DNA of 64,000 nt from Bacteroidota bacterium (GCA_036522515.1 DATDFQ010000024.1:43173-107172); one strand, 5' to 3'. Numbered from the stretch's first letter, positions 1-9,160 are shown. Translations and numbers: made by a program. The notes: generated from the letters alone by a model not told the origin.

Positions 1-22
1 CATTTGCAATGGCCAACAAACG

Positions 23-1297
23 ATGAATTACATTCCGAAATACTCCTTCACTCCGCCCTCCACCCTAAATTCACTTCTGTATGATAATGGAACAACGGTA
101 GGCTTGGGCCCGGGAACTAACTTCCACTGTCGTTTTCACATTAAGCCTTCTAATTCCGTTTGGGAGTGGGGGGGGTTGTTATTCAACACTGCGATTGAAA
201 CAGGGACTGACTATCAAGTTATCGGTGGAAATGGTGGTGCGGGGCTCCAATTGACAGGGACGAAGAATAATAATGGTTATCCCTCATCTCAAATCTCCCT
301 CGACGCGATGTATGGCAACATAATTTTTGGAATCGGCGTCGGTATTTCTGCACCGACGACTAAAATGACTGTCAATCAGTATGGTTTGACCATCGGGACT
401 TCAACGAACCCCACTGGATTGACAGTATTGGGAAATTCTGAACTCTGGGGCTGGTTGGCTATTCACTCGAGTGACCCCTTGTGGGGCATTCACGAAGCAC
501 ACTCCGGTTCGATGACCGGCACAACCTATGGCCTTTCTGTAGCCGAAATGTCAACATCATCGACTCCCAATATCACCCGGTACGGCGCCGAGATACAAGC
601 AACTGGTCCATGGAACGGCACTGGAGCGACAAATATCGGCTTGCACGTCAACGCGTCAGGGGGCACAATCAACTACGGAGCGATCATCGAAGGTGGAAAT
701 GTCGGGATCGGTACAACCTCTCCGACCGCTTTGCTGCATACGGTCGCTTCAGGATCACAATCCGCAAGTTACACCGGAAATTTACTCACAAATGTCGCCA
801 CATCCTCGGCAACGAATGCTGTAAAATATGGAGTCGAGATTCAATCCACAGGCACATGGAACGGCTCGGGGGCATCAAATATCGGCCTCCATGTCATGGC
901 CACAGGGGGAGCTAACAACTACGCCGCCAGATTTGACCAGGCCGTCGGAATTGGTGCCAACCCCTGTAGCACGGACATGCTAGCCGTCAACGGCCAGGTG
1001 CACGCGTCATCATACATCACCAACTCGACCTTCTGTGATTTTGTGTTTGATCAGGGCTACAAGCTGATGCCGCTGGAGGAAGTCGAACAGCACATCAACG
1101 CCGACAAGCACCTCCCGGGCATCCCTTCAGCAAGAGAGGTTGAGGAAAAGGGATTGAATCTCGGTGATATGGAAGTAAAGATGATGCAAAAGGTCGAGGA
1201 GTTGACCCTTTACGTTATCAACCAGCACAAAGAATTGAAGAGGCTTCAAAAAGAGAACGAGGCACTAAAGCTACGCGTTTCTTCTATCGGGAAATAA
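23..1297 (+). CDS. Gly/Thr/Asn-rich repeat protein (tail-fibre or surface-fibre like) with C-terminal intramolecular-chaperone domain of Peptidase_S74 type; reading frame is open to the window edge so the N-terminus may be truncated
   Basis: 424-aa ORF. Internal degenerate repeats (TGxWNGxGAxNIGLHV...). C-terminal ~80 aa (YKLMPLEEVEQHINADKHLPGIPSAREVEEKGLNLGDMEVKMMQKVEELTLYVINQHKELKRLQKENEALK) matches the endosialidase/tail-fibre chaperone domain pattern recalled from memory. No stop codon between position 2 and 23 in frame. Confidence 0.55.
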   Translation: MNYIPKYSFTPPSTLNSLLYDNGTTVGLGPGTNFHCRFHIKPSNSVWEWGGLLFNTAIETGTDYQVIGGNGGAGLQLTGTKNNNGYPSSQISLDAMYGNIIFGIGVGISAPTTKMTVNQYGLTIGTSTNPTGLTVLGNSELWGWLAIHSSDPLWGIHEAHSGSMTGTTYGLSVAEMSTSSTPNITRYGAEIQATGPWNGTGATNIGLHVNASGGTINYGAIIEGGNVGIGTTSPTALLHTVASGSQSASYTGNLLTNVATSSATNAVKYGVEIQSTGTWNGSGASNIGLHVMATGGANNYAARFDQAVGIGANPCSTDMLAVNGQVHASSYITNSTFCDFVFDQGYKLMPLEEVEQHINADKHLPGIPSAREVEEKGLNLGDMEVKMMQKVEELTLYVINQHKELKRLQKENEALKLRVSSIGK

Positions 1298-1322
1298 CCA
1301 TAATTCGATCAGGAGAAAAACC

Positions 1323-2027
1323 ATGAATAATAAGATGATTCCGTTAGCCATTCTGCTTCTCTCCCTGACGGCACCGGTGTTAGGTCAGAAAGGCGCGACT
1401 CATTCGAACGAAGCCCCGGGAGTTGTAAGCTCTTCTCCGAAGGTCAATGTCATCGATAGCCGCACCTCTCTCAAACTCGAGGACATGGCGTTCAAACCCG
1501 GGGAAGACTACCTGGTGAAGGGCACCCTGAGTGTGGGCGGAGGCCAAGCCCTGGAGTTCGGCAAGACACAGAACTTCACAGTCACCGGCTCTGCGAACGT
1601 TACGCTTCATGCCGCCAAGAGCATCTATTTCGGCCCCGGATTCAGGGTGGAAAAGGGGGCGGTTTTCTCCGCGACTGTAGACCTTGGGCCACAAAAGCCA
1701 GGGTTGGAGAGAAAAGAGGCGAACAAACCGATTCTCAATGCTCCGACGGAACAAAGGATGCCGACAGCCTTCAGCCTCGCTCAAAACTACCCGAATCCAT
1801 TCAATCCGACGACACGTGTTGACTATGCCTTGCCGAGTGACGAACGCGTATCGATCAAGATCTTCAATACGCTCGGTCAGATAGTGGCCACGTTGGCGGA
1901 TGAGAATCAGAGCAGGGGTTACAAGTCGGTGGTGTTCGACGCAAGCGCCCTGCCGAGTGGAATCTACTTCTATCAACTCCAGGCGGGCGAGTTTAGAGAT
2001 ATCAGGAAGATGGTCCTGATGAAGTAA
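1323..2027 (+). CDS. secreted protein with type IX secretion system C-terminal sorting domain (Por_Secre_tail)
   Basis: N-terminal signal peptide (MIPLAILLLSLTAPVLGQ). C-terminus FSLAQNYPNPFNPTTRVDYALP...GIYFYQLQAGEF is a classic T9SS CTD. AGGAGA Shine-Dalgarno 7 nt upstream of the ATG. Confidence 0.8.
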   Translation: MNNKMIPLAILLLSLTAPVLGQKGATHSNEAPGVVSSSPKVNVIDSRTSLKLEDMAFKPGEDYLVKGTLSVGGGQALEFGKTQNFTVTGSANVTLHAAKSIYFGPGFRVEKGAVFSATVDLGPQKPGLERKEANKPILNAPTEQRMPTAFSLAQNYPNPFNPTTRVDYALPSDERVSIKIFNTLGQIVATLADENQSRGYKSVVFDASALPSGIYFYQLQAGEFRDIRKMVLMK

Positions 2028-2047
2028 CTACTGCGGGAGCGTTAAGC

Positions 2048-2093
2048 ACAATGGCGGTGAACCTTCATCGACCGGAAGGATCGCCGCCTTTTT
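2048..2093 (+). terminator. Rho-independent terminator for the T9SS-cargo gene
   Basis: GC-rich imperfect hairpin ggcggtgaaccttc...gaaggatcgccgcc followed by TTTTTTT immediately after the stop at 2027. Confidence 0.45.
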
Positions 2094-2759
2094 TTATCTT
2101 TCGAGCGGCGTGAGGCCCTCCCGGATAGCGAACTTGGTAAGCTCGGCGACCGAGTGAATGTCCAGCTTTTCCATGATTCTCCCCCGGTGCTTGTCGATGG
2201 TTTTTGCGCTTACCTTGAGCCTCTGCGCTATGTCCTTCGTCGGCCTGCCTTCCGCTACAAGCTGCAGGACCTCCCGCTCCTTTGATGTCAGAACATTGGA
2301 GGCAATGAAGTGTGGGATCTCCGATCCGTTGAGAACAACTTTTTCCACGGGGAATCCGAGGTTTGGACTGATGTAAATCTTCCGTTTCATTACCACCCGG
2401 ATCGCATCGGCGAGCTCTTCAAAGGCGCAATCTTTCGGTAAGTACCCGCGTGCTCCGGCATTCATCATCTTTCCGATGATATGCATGTCGAAGTACATGG
2501 AGAGAGCTATGACGTTCGTCTCCGGAACCTCGGAACTGATCTGCCGCGTTGCCTCGATACCGTTCAAATTCGGCATATTGATATCCATCAAGACGATATC
2601 CGGGAGCCGCTTCTTTACTCCGCTCACCGCGCCTATGCCGTCTATTGATTCGCCCACAACCTCAAGATCGGGTTGGCGTTGCAGCAGCGCCTTCAGTCCT
2701 TCACGAACGATATTATGATCGTCGACGATCAGAACACGAATCTTTGCATCACTTTGCAT
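2094..2759 (-). CDS. NarL/FixJ-family response regulator (REC + LuxR-type HTH)
   Basis: IRVLIVDDH...LMDINMP receiver motifs and C-terminal LTSKEREVLQLVAEGRPTKDIAQRLKVSAKTIDKHR HTH. Probable start is MQSDAK (ATG about 2759), 10 nt after the stop of the upstream kinase gene; the longer ORF to 2849 is probably an over-extension. Confidence 0.85.
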   Translation of the reverse strand: MQSDAKIRVLIVDDHNIVREGLKALLQRQPDLEVVGESIDGIGAVSGVKKRLPDIVLMDINMPNLNGIEATRQISSEVPETNVIALSMYFDMHIIGKMMNAGARGYLPKDCAFEELADAIRVVMKRKIYISPNLGFPVEKVVLNGSEIPHFIASNVLTSKEREVLQLVAEGRPTKDIAQRLKVSAKTIDKHRGRIMEKLDIHSVAELTKFAIREGLTPLER

Positions 2760-5697
2760 GGGGGAGGCCGGCCGGTAACGTGATAGGAACTGAAATTGAT
2801 ATGCGTGTTCCCGACTTGGGCTTGGATGAGATTTGTATTTTTCCCCCATAAAACCGTATGCGTTCGCGGATGTTCAGCAATCCAAACCCTCCTCCGTCAT
2901 GGATCCGTCCCACAGCGCCGGGGTCAAATCCGATCCCGTCGTCGGAAACTTCGATTTGGATGGAATCCTGGATCCGTCTTAACGAGATCTCGACACTCTT
3001 CGCAGAGGAGTGTTTGACGATGTTTGTGACGAGTTCGCGAACCGCATGGAACAGAAAGAGGCGCAGTTCGTTCGGGAGTGGTTTCTGTTGACCGTCATTC
3101 TCCACGTAAATGAGGAGATCGTGTTTCCGCTGCATTTCGTCCCCTAGCCAGGAAATCGCATCCTCAAGGCGCATATCGGCGAGCATGGGCGGACTCAGTT
3201 GCCGCGTGATGGATTGCGTATCTCTGATCGCCGAACTCAGATGCTCGTTAAGTTCGTCAACTGCCTTGGGGTCGAAGGTTTCCCGAAGGGCGCCGAGCTT
3301 GTTCTTGCAAAACGCGAGCGATTGTCCGATTGTCTCGTGCAGGTAGATTGCAAGTTGTTGGCGCTCCCTCTCCTCGGTGGTCGACAGGCTTGCGGTCAGC
3401 GCGCGGAGCGACTGCGTGTACTTTCTTTTGTTCACGTACTGGTTCAACGCCAGCACAACGATCACAAGGAATCCCGCTCCCGCCGGCAGGAGGAATGCCG
3501 CGCGCTCATAAAACGGCGGCTCGATTACGAAAGAAAGACTCTGTTCCCCTTCCGAGATGCCCCCGAAGAAATCCAAGCCCCGGATGTGGACCAGATGTGT
3601 TCCCGGGCTCAGACTATCGAGTGTCATATTGTCCCGGAGCGCCCAGTCGGTCCAGGGCTGATCATCCAAGCGGTAGGATGTCTTGATATCCTGCGTTCGC
3701 TGCTCTTCCCAGAAGGCAAACGCGTTCCAGCGAAGCAATGCGGACCGGCCGTCCACAATCGGGGGATAGGGATAGATCCGTACCTTGTGGCTTGCCCTGT
3801 CTGAAATATCCAACGCGTCGACGCCGCTCCCCTGCGTGCCCACGTAGACAAGGTTGTTCATGATGGTGACCGGCCATAACTGGATTTGAGCCAGTCCCGA
3901 TCGATCGTCGAACGACAGGAATGTCCCTTCCCTATAGCTTCCCAGCCCCTCTCCTGTGGCGATCCAGAGAGTCCCATCCGGACCTACAGCAAGATCCCAG
4001 ATTACATTCGACACCAGACCACTTTCAACCGTAAAATAGCGCAGACGCAGCGTGCTATCGACCCGGCAAAGCCCGTTATGACGGTCCCCGAACCAAACCG
4101 TGTTGGCGCTGTCGATGGCAAGGGTGAATACCTCGGGAAACTTCAACTCATCTTCCCTCGTCCAGTGTTTCCATGCGCCGTGATGCCACCGGCTGAGCCC
4201 TCCACCGGTGCCGAACCACAGGCTGCCGTCCGATCCCTCGGCAAACGAGTAGACCCGGCCGTTCAGCAATCCCTCCCGGACTCCCCAGGGTTCAAAACGC
4301 CCATCCTTGAGGACGTACGCACCCGGTGGTGTCGGATCGACGCCCGGCGCCCCCCTCGTCAATCCCAGAAACCACAAATTGCCTTCGCGGTCCTTGCTGA
4401 TTCTATGTATTCGAATCCCGCTCGAATCGGGAGTGATGTTCGCATGGTCCCATTTGTTCCCGTCCCAGCGGAAGGCGCCGCCCAGCGCGCTTCCGCTTGA
4501 AATCCAGATGTTTCCATCCCTGTCCTGAGCAAGTCCCGTAATCGCGTGAAGCCGTGTCGACCCGATCCGGTCGTAGAATTTCTCGCCCCCTCCGGCCTTA
4601 TACACCTTTACACCGTCGGAGGTCCCGAGCCAAAGGTCTCCGTTCTTCGCATTGAGTATTTCGCATATGACATTGCTCGCGGCGCGCGAGGAATCCTTCC
4701 AGCTTCTCCACCGCGTGGAAGATTTTTTGAAAAGATAAAGCCCTTCGGTGCTACAGATCCAGAGGTCCCCGTTCCCGGACGGCTGGAGGCTCAGTACGTT
4801 TCTCACCTGAAAGCTCAGATACTTCAGAGGGCTCCATTCTCCCTCCCTTCGCAGGAAGATTTCGCCTGAGATCGTCAATCCATATCTTTCACCATCGCTG
4901 CCGAAGACAAATTGCCTGAAGACATGCTCGTTGGAGGTTGATCCGGGCTGCGGGGTAGATTTTCCGCTCCATGTCCACAACTCTCCGAATCGATCGCTGT
5001 AATCGATGGAAGCCATGCCCGACCCGCCCGAGTCTTCATCGATGCCGCTGACCCAAAACCTTCCGGTGCGAGCGGGGATCGCCACCCTGAGGTTGTTCGA
5101 CTCCCAGCGGTATAACCCCGAGACTAGATTTACCCAAATCGTACCGTGCAGGGTACGGAATATGTTGACTGTCTTTCCCCGGGTAAGTTCTTGGTGTGGG
5201 AATTCCTGCAATACTCCGTCACGCAGGATAAATAGCGAGGAAAGCTCCTGGATCAGCAACGATCGCTCATCAATTTGAAGCACTGTCGTTACATGAGTCG
5301 GGCCTGCGATCATCCTGAAGCGGTGGTTGTTTCCGGAATACAGGGTTCCCCCGGTTGTAACGAGGACATCGCCGTCCTGGAGGGCGACCAAACCCGTGGC
5401 CGGAGATTGCGGGAGCCCCAGACTTTCGGGAACGGCCGTCCACCTGAACCCGTCATACCACGAGACGCCCTTCGGACCAGCCGCCCAGATCGTTCCGCCT
5501 CTCCCCTCCGCCACCGCGCTGACTTGATCGGCGGGAAGCCCGTTGAGGTGGGAAAATCGTACCAGCCTCCAGCTTTCGCTAAAATCCCCGTCCTGGGAGA
5601 TGGCGATGAGCGGAAGGCAGAATGGGGTGAGTGAAAGCTGGAATCGCAGAATCCAAAGAAAAGTTTTCAAGGGGCTTCTTCCAAAAAATCGGCGCAC
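2749..5697 (-). CDS. sensor histidine kinase with large periplasmic double beta-propeller/Y_Y_Y sensor, one TM segment, HisKA_3 and HATPase_c
   Basis: 982 aa. Repeated two-component-regulator propeller motifs (G.IW.GT..GL..YDG). TM helix FLLPAGAGFLVIVVLALNQYV. C-terminal ERERQQLAIYLHETIGQSL (HisKA_3) and ...IEVSDDGIGFD...GGFGLLNIRER (ATPase). Coupled to the NarL-type regulator downstream. Confidence 0.85.
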   Translation of the reverse strand: MRRFFGRSPLKTFLWILRFQLSLTPFCLPLIAISQDGDFSESWRLVRFSHLNGLPADQVSAVAEGRGGTIWAAGPKGVSWYDGFRWTAVPESLGLPQSPATGLVALQDGDVLVTTGGTLYSGNNHRFRMIAGPTHVTTVLQIDERSLLIQELSSLFILRDGVLQEFPHQELTRGKTVNIFRTLHGTIWVNLVSGLYRWESNNLRVAIPARTGRFWVSGIDEDSGGSGMASIDYSDRFGELWTWSGKSTPQPGSTSNEHVFRQFVFGSDGERYGLTISGEIFLRREGEWSPLKYLSFQVRNVLSLQPSGNGDLWICSTEGLYLFKKSSTRWRSWKDSSRAASNVICEILNAKNGDLWLGTSDGVKVYKAGGGEKFYDRIGSTRLHAITGLAQDRDGNIWISSGSALGGAFRWDGNKWDHANITPDSSGIRIHRISKDREGNLWFLGLTRGAPGVDPTPPGAYVLKDGRFEPWGVREGLLNGRVYSFAEGSDGSLWFGTGGGLSRWHHGAWKHWTREDELKFPEVFTLAIDSANTVWFGDRHNGLCRVDSTLRLRYFTVESGLVSNVIWDLAVGPDGTLWIATGEGLGSYREGTFLSFDDRSGLAQIQLWPVTIMNNLVYVGTQGSGVDALDISDRASHKVRIYPYPPIVDGRSALLRWNAFAFWEEQRTQDIKTSYRLDDQPWTDWALRDNMTLDSLSPGTHLVHIRGLDFFGGISEGEQSLSFVIEPPFYERAAFLLPAGAGFLVIVVLALNQYVNKRKYTQSLRALTASLSTTEERERQQLAIYLHETIGQSLAFCKNKLGALRETFDPKAVDELNEHLSSAIRDTQSITRQLSPPMLADMRLEDAISWLGDEMQRKHDLLIYVENDGQQKPLPNELRLFLFHAVRELVTNIVKHSSAKSVEISLRRIQDSIQIEVSDDGIGFDPGAVGRIHDGGGFGLLNIRERIRFYGGKIQISSKPKSGTRISISVPITLPAGLPHAK

Positions 5698-5874
5698 GAG
5701 TGATCCCCCCAGCTGGATGGCGACGGAGAAAGTTTCTTCCCGAAACGATAGCCAATTTAGGGATTAGAGTCAAGAATGAGGGCGTGCCACTCGGGTTGCA
5801 TCATATGATTATACTCTCTATTTTGTGAATGTGAGAGAGACATGGACGGAACCCACCGCGAAAGAGTCTCAGAA

Positions 5875-6423
5875 ATGAAGGTCGTGTCAACGAACATCGG
5901 CGAGCCAAGGCCGGTCATGTGGCAAGGTGAGGAGGTCTTGACCGGAATCTACAAAGATCCGGTCAAGAGCATCACAATCCGCAAGTTCTCCGTCGAGCAA
6001 GATACTGTCTCGGACCTGCAAGTCCACGGGGGGGAGCGCAAGGCTGTGTATGGATACCCCTCCGAGCATTACGAATTCTGGCAGAACGAGTTTCCTTCGA
6101 TGAAAATGCCCTGGGGGATGTTCGGAGAGAATATCACCACGGAGGGGCTGTTCGAGAAAGAGCTCATCGTCGGGTCGGTGTACCGGATCGGCACGGCGTT
6201 GCTCAAAGTTACCCAACCGAGAATACCCTGCTTCAAGCTGGCAATCAAGTTCGGAAGGATCGACATCATCGAACGCTTCCTGAAAAGCCGGCGATCCGGT
6301 TTCTACTTTACTGTCGTGAAGGAAGGCAAAGTGAAGCCGGGTGACAGGATCAAGCTGGAAGAAACCGGCGAGGGGAAAAACACCATCCTGGATTTGGCGA
6401 ATAGGAGGTCGCGTCCGGAGTGA
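5875..6423 (+). CDS. MOSC domain protein (YiiM-like)
   Basis: MKVVSTNIGEPRPV...VHGGERKAVYGYP...FGENITTEGL...VTQPRIPCFKL matches MOSC family. Start chosen at MKVV (ATG 5875) inside the longer ORF from 5842. Confidence 0.8.
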   Translation: MKVVSTNIGEPRPVMWQGEEVLTGIYKDPVKSITIRKFSVEQDTVSDLQVHGGERKAVYGYPSEHYEFWQNEFPSMKMPWGMFGENITTEGLFEKELIVGSVYRIGTALLKVTQPRIPCFKLAIKFGRIDIIERFLKSRRSGFYFTVVKEGKVKPGDRIKLEETGEGKNTILDLANRRSRPE

Positions 6424-6515
6424 AAAGGTCCCGTAATGTTCGGGAATCGGAGGATCGAACCCTTTGTTCTGGAGAATGCGGGGAAGAGAGGGAATCGAAA
6501 CAATCGAGTGCAAAG

Positions 6516-6552
6516 AGTAGAAAGATCCCGACCTAAAACATGTCGGGATGAC
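6516..6552. repeat. family-C hairpin repeat (CCCGAC-loop-GTCGGG + ATGACGAG tail)
   Basis: aagatcccgacctaaaacatgtcgggatgacgag. The same unit recurs at 9016, 13060, 34473 (inverted), 55566 (inverted) and 58972, and with compensatory stem variants at 34546, 48371 and 55613. Confidence 0.8.
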
Positions 6553-6563
6553 GAGCAGCTAGA

Positions 6564-7004
6564 ATGTATGTCACAATGAACGATAGTGCGGGAAAATACT
6601 TGGCGGGAGCGATCTTCCTGGTTTACGCCAGTTGGAGCTTCTGGAGTTGCAAAGATGACATCACAGGGACGGTGGATATCGTCTTTCCGAAAACCCACGT
6701 CAGCTACGGCACGTACGTTCAGCCGCTGTTCGACCGGGGTTGCGCGTTCAGCGGTTGTCACGGGCCGGATACATTTGAGGCGAGAGGATACTCGCTCGAC
6801 TCCTACCAGCATGCCACGGCGAGGGTTGGGATTATCATTTATTGCTTTCCCAACGAGGCATGCAATCCGGAGAATGCTATTTTAATCAGGAGGATCGAGG
6901 GATTGGACGGGCTACCGCAGATGCCGTTGTTCCGGCCGGCTTTGACTCAGAATCAGATCGATGGAATGAAGCAGTGGATACGGGAGGGGGCGCAGAACAA
7001 TTAA
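6564..7004 (+). CDS. small secreted/lipoprotein-like protein with a Planctomycete-cytochrome-C-like (PSCyt1-like) CX4CH-containing segment
   Basis: 146 aa. Hydrophobic N-terminus ending ...SFWSC. GCAFSGCHGPDTFEARGYSLDSYQ...GLDGLPQMP resembles the PSCyt1 pattern but with a CX4CH rather than CXXCH spacing. Start codon uncertain. Confidence 0.4.
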   Translation: MYVTMNDSAGKYLAGAIFLVYASWSFWSCKDDITGTVDIVFPKTHVSYGTYVQPLFDRGCAFSGCHGPDTFEARGYSLDSYQHATARVGIIIYCFPNEACNPENAILIRRIEGLDGLPQMPLFRPALTQNQIDGMKQWIREGAQNN

Positions 7005-7007
7005 AGC

Positions 7008-7200
7008 GGAGATCCTTCGGTCGCTCCGCTCCCTCAGGATGACAGAAAAGAACGCAAGCTGAAGCTTGCGGCTACCGATTCGTCGAGGGCACGTCGAAAA
7101 ACGCAAGCTGAAGCTTGCGGCTACCGAGTCCTTGAGGGCAGAACCAAGAACGCAAGCTAAAGCTTGCGGCTACCGAGCCGGCGAGGGCAGAGCGAGGGAC
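7008..7200. repeat. composite repeat block: one D-family element (…ctcaggatgaca) followed by three tandem ~57-bp units each carrying an A-family hairpin GCAAGCTnAAGCTTGC + GGCTACCGA
   Basis: gcaagctgaagcttgcggctaccga at 7054, 7102 and 7152. The inter-hairpin segments are themselves similar (…gagggca…aac), so this is a tandem duplication rather than a spacer array. Confidence 0.8.
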
Positions 7201-7210
7201 GAAAACTGGG

Positions 7211-8509
7211 TTAGACTGTAACGAGGTGGGGGGGCGGAACGTGCTGGGGTGCGGGGGGTGATTTCAAGGCGCGCTTCTCGAATTCACCGCGGAATTTTTT
7301 GATAAAGCTCTGGACGGGCCAGGCGGCCGCGTCGCCGAGGGCGCAGATCGTATTCCCCTCGATGTTGTTCGCGACGTCCAGGAGAAGATCGACGTCTCCC
7401 ATCGTCCCCTCCCCGTTAAGGAATCGCTTCAGAATCTTCTCCATCCAACCGCACCCCTCGCGACAGGGTGTACACTGCCCGCACGATTCGTGATGGTAGA
7501 AGTGTGTGATCCGAGTCAGCACCTTGAGGATATCGGTATCCTCATCCATTACGATCACGCCGCCGGTCCCGATCGAGGTGCCTGCCGCCTTCAAAGAGTC
7601 CGCGTCCATTCTCACGCCATCAATCTCGCTCCCCTTCAACCACATCGTCGACGAGCCGCCGGGGATCACCGCCTGGATTTTCTTATCTCCCGGGACGCCG
7701 CCTGCATGATTATATATCAGATCGCTCAACAGGACCCCGGAAGGGAGCTCGTACACGCCGGGTTTGTTCACATGCCCGCTCACTCCGAACAACAGGGTCC
7801 CGGGATGTTTCGGCGATCCGATCTTTGAAAACCACTCCCAACCCCGGTTGATGATATTGGGGACGTTCGCCAGAGTTTCAATGTTGTTGATCGTCGTCGG
7901 GCATCCCCATAAACCGTATTGCGCCGGGAACGGCGGCTTGATGCGGGGGTAGCCGCGGTCCCCTTCGATCGAGGTCATGAGCGCCGATTCTTCGCCGCAA
8001 ATGTAGGCGCCGGCGCCCTTGAAAATCATCAGATCGCAGTTGAAGGCTGTGCCGAGGATCGAGTCCCCGAGGTAATTCTTCGCGTAGGCATCGTCGACCG
8101 CCTTCTGCAGCATGCGGATTTCGGTCGCATATTCCCCGCGCACGTAGACATAAATCTTCGTGATGCCCATGCCGTACGCCGCGATGATCGCGCCTTCGAT
8201 GAAGAGGTGCGGGTTTAGTTCAAAAATGAACCGGTCCTTGAACGTGCCCGGCTCGCTTTCGTCTCCGTTCGCGCAGAGGTATTTCGTCTTGGTCGTGGTC
8301 TTCGGCATGAATGTCCACTTCAGGCCCGTCGGAAAACAGGCCCCCCCCCGCCCGCGCAGGTTTGACTTCTTGACTTCGTCGACTACCGCTTCGGGCTTCA
8401 TCGCCACTGCTTTCCGGAGCGCCTGGTAGCCGCCGTTGGCCTCGTAGACGTCGAGCCGGTGGAGATCTTTGATATCGGGGAGAATCACTCTTTCGAACGA
8501 ATCGGGCAT
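7211..8509 (-). CDS. nuoF: NADH-quinone oxidoreductase subunit F (51 kDa)
   Basis: MPDSFERVILPDIKDLHRLDVY...GRGGACFPTGLKW...ESCGQCTPCREG. True ATG at 8507-8509; the ORF-track N-terminal extension to 8899 overlaps nuoE in another frame and is spurious. Confidence 0.9.
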   Translation of the reverse strand: MPDSFERVILPDIKDLHRLDVYEANGGYQALRKAVAMKPEAVVDEVKKSNLRGRGGACFPTGLKWTFMPKTTTKTKYLCANGDESEPGTFKDRFIFELNPHLFIEGAIIAAYGMGITKIYVYVRGEYATEIRMLQKAVDDAYAKNYLGDSILGTAFNCDLMIFKGAGAYICGEESALMTSIEGDRGYPRIKPPFPAQYGLWGCPTTINNIETLANVPNIINRGWEWFSKIGSPKHPGTLLFGVSGHVNKPGVYELPSGVLLSDLIYNHAGGVPGDKKIQAVIPGGSSTMWLKGSEIDGVRMDADSLKAAGTSIGTGGVIVMDEDTDILKVLTRITHFYHHESCGQCTPCREGCGWMEKILKRFLNGEGTMGDVDLLLDVANNIEGNTICALGDAAAWPVQSFIKKFRGEFEKRALKSPPAPQHVPPPHLVTV

Positions 8510-8517
8510 CGGGCTTC

Positions 8518-8985
8518 CTATTTGAGACTCTCGATCATCTGTTCGACCTTCTCTACCGTGAGGTTCGTGGCGTACTCTTCGTTCACCTGAACGACCGGCG
8601 CCGTCCCGCACGAGCCCAGGCATTCGACTTCCGTGAGCGTGAACATGCCGTCGGGTGTGGTTTCCCCCGGGCGGATCTTGAGCCGCTCGGAGAGATGGTC
8701 GCAGATCTTTTCGCCGCCGACGAGGCCGCAGGAAATATTCGTGCACACCTGGAGGTGATACTTGCCGACCGGGCGGGTGTTGAACATCGTGTAGAAGGTC
8801 ACGACGCCGTAGATATGGCTCACAGGCAATTGCAGCAGATCGGCGACGTACTTCATCGTCTGGGGTGAGATCCAGCCGAACTGGTTCTGGGCGAGCCAAA
8901 GAACTGGTATCGTGAGAGCTTTGGAGGTTGGATAGAGCCTCCGAAGCTTTTCGAGTTTTTCGAGGTTCTCGGCGTTGAAGGTCAT
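8518..8985 (-). CDS. nuoE: NADH-quinone oxidoreductase subunit E (24 kDa)
   Basis: Thioredoxin-like 2Fe-2S subunit motifs CTNISCGLVGGEKI...ECLGSCGTAPV. Stop at 8518 abuts the nuoF start. Start at MTFNAENL (8985) or MAATTS (9003). Confidence 0.85.
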   Translation of the reverse strand: MTFNAENLEKLEKLRRLYPTSKALTIPVLWLAQNQFGWISPQTMKYVADLLQLPVSHIYGVVTFYTMFNTRPVGKYHLQVCTNISCGLVGGEKICDHLSERLKIRPGETTPDGMFTLTEVECLGSCGTAPVVQVNEEYATNLTVEKVEQMIESLK

Positions 8986-9009
8986 TGAAGTCGTAGCAGC
9001 CATTCAGAA

Positions 9010-9125
9010 AGAATTAAGATCCCGACCAAAAACATGTCGGGATGACGAGCGGCAAAAAGGTCTCGACCAGAAGCATGTCGGGATGATGAGGATGGAGATC
9101 CTTCGCTGCGCTCAGGATGACAATC
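9010..9125. repeat. two C-family hairpins plus one D-family hairpin in the nuoD-nuoE intergenic spacer
   Basis: agatcccgaccaaaaacatgtcgggatgacgag; ggtctcgaccagaagcatgtcgggatgatgag; gatccttcgctgcgctcaggatgacaa. The ORFs at 8975..9271 and 8982..9296 lie on these repeats and are not real genes. Confidence 0.75.
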
Positions 9126-9160
9126 CTGACCATTTCGGGACGACGATCTGGGATGGGCGA

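Noticed and set aside
6590-6700. Possible c-type heme site CAFSGCH in the small lipoprotein
   Set aside because: Spacing is CX4CH, not canonical CXXCH. Kept only as a low-confidence PSCyt1-like observation, not called a cytochrome.
7047-7200. Regular about 57-bp periodicity of three identical 25-bp hairpin units looked CRISPR-like
   Set aside because: Only three units. The inter-repeat 'spacers' are similar to each other (…gagggca…aac). The repeat is an A-family hairpin found dispersed singly elsewhere. No cas genes in the window. Interpreted as tandem duplication of a REP-like unit.
8510-8899. N-terminal 130-aa extension of the nuoF ORF
   Set aside because: Overlaps the entire nuoE gene in another frame. 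A conserved NuoF start (MPDSFERVIL) is 9 nt downstream of the nuoE stop.
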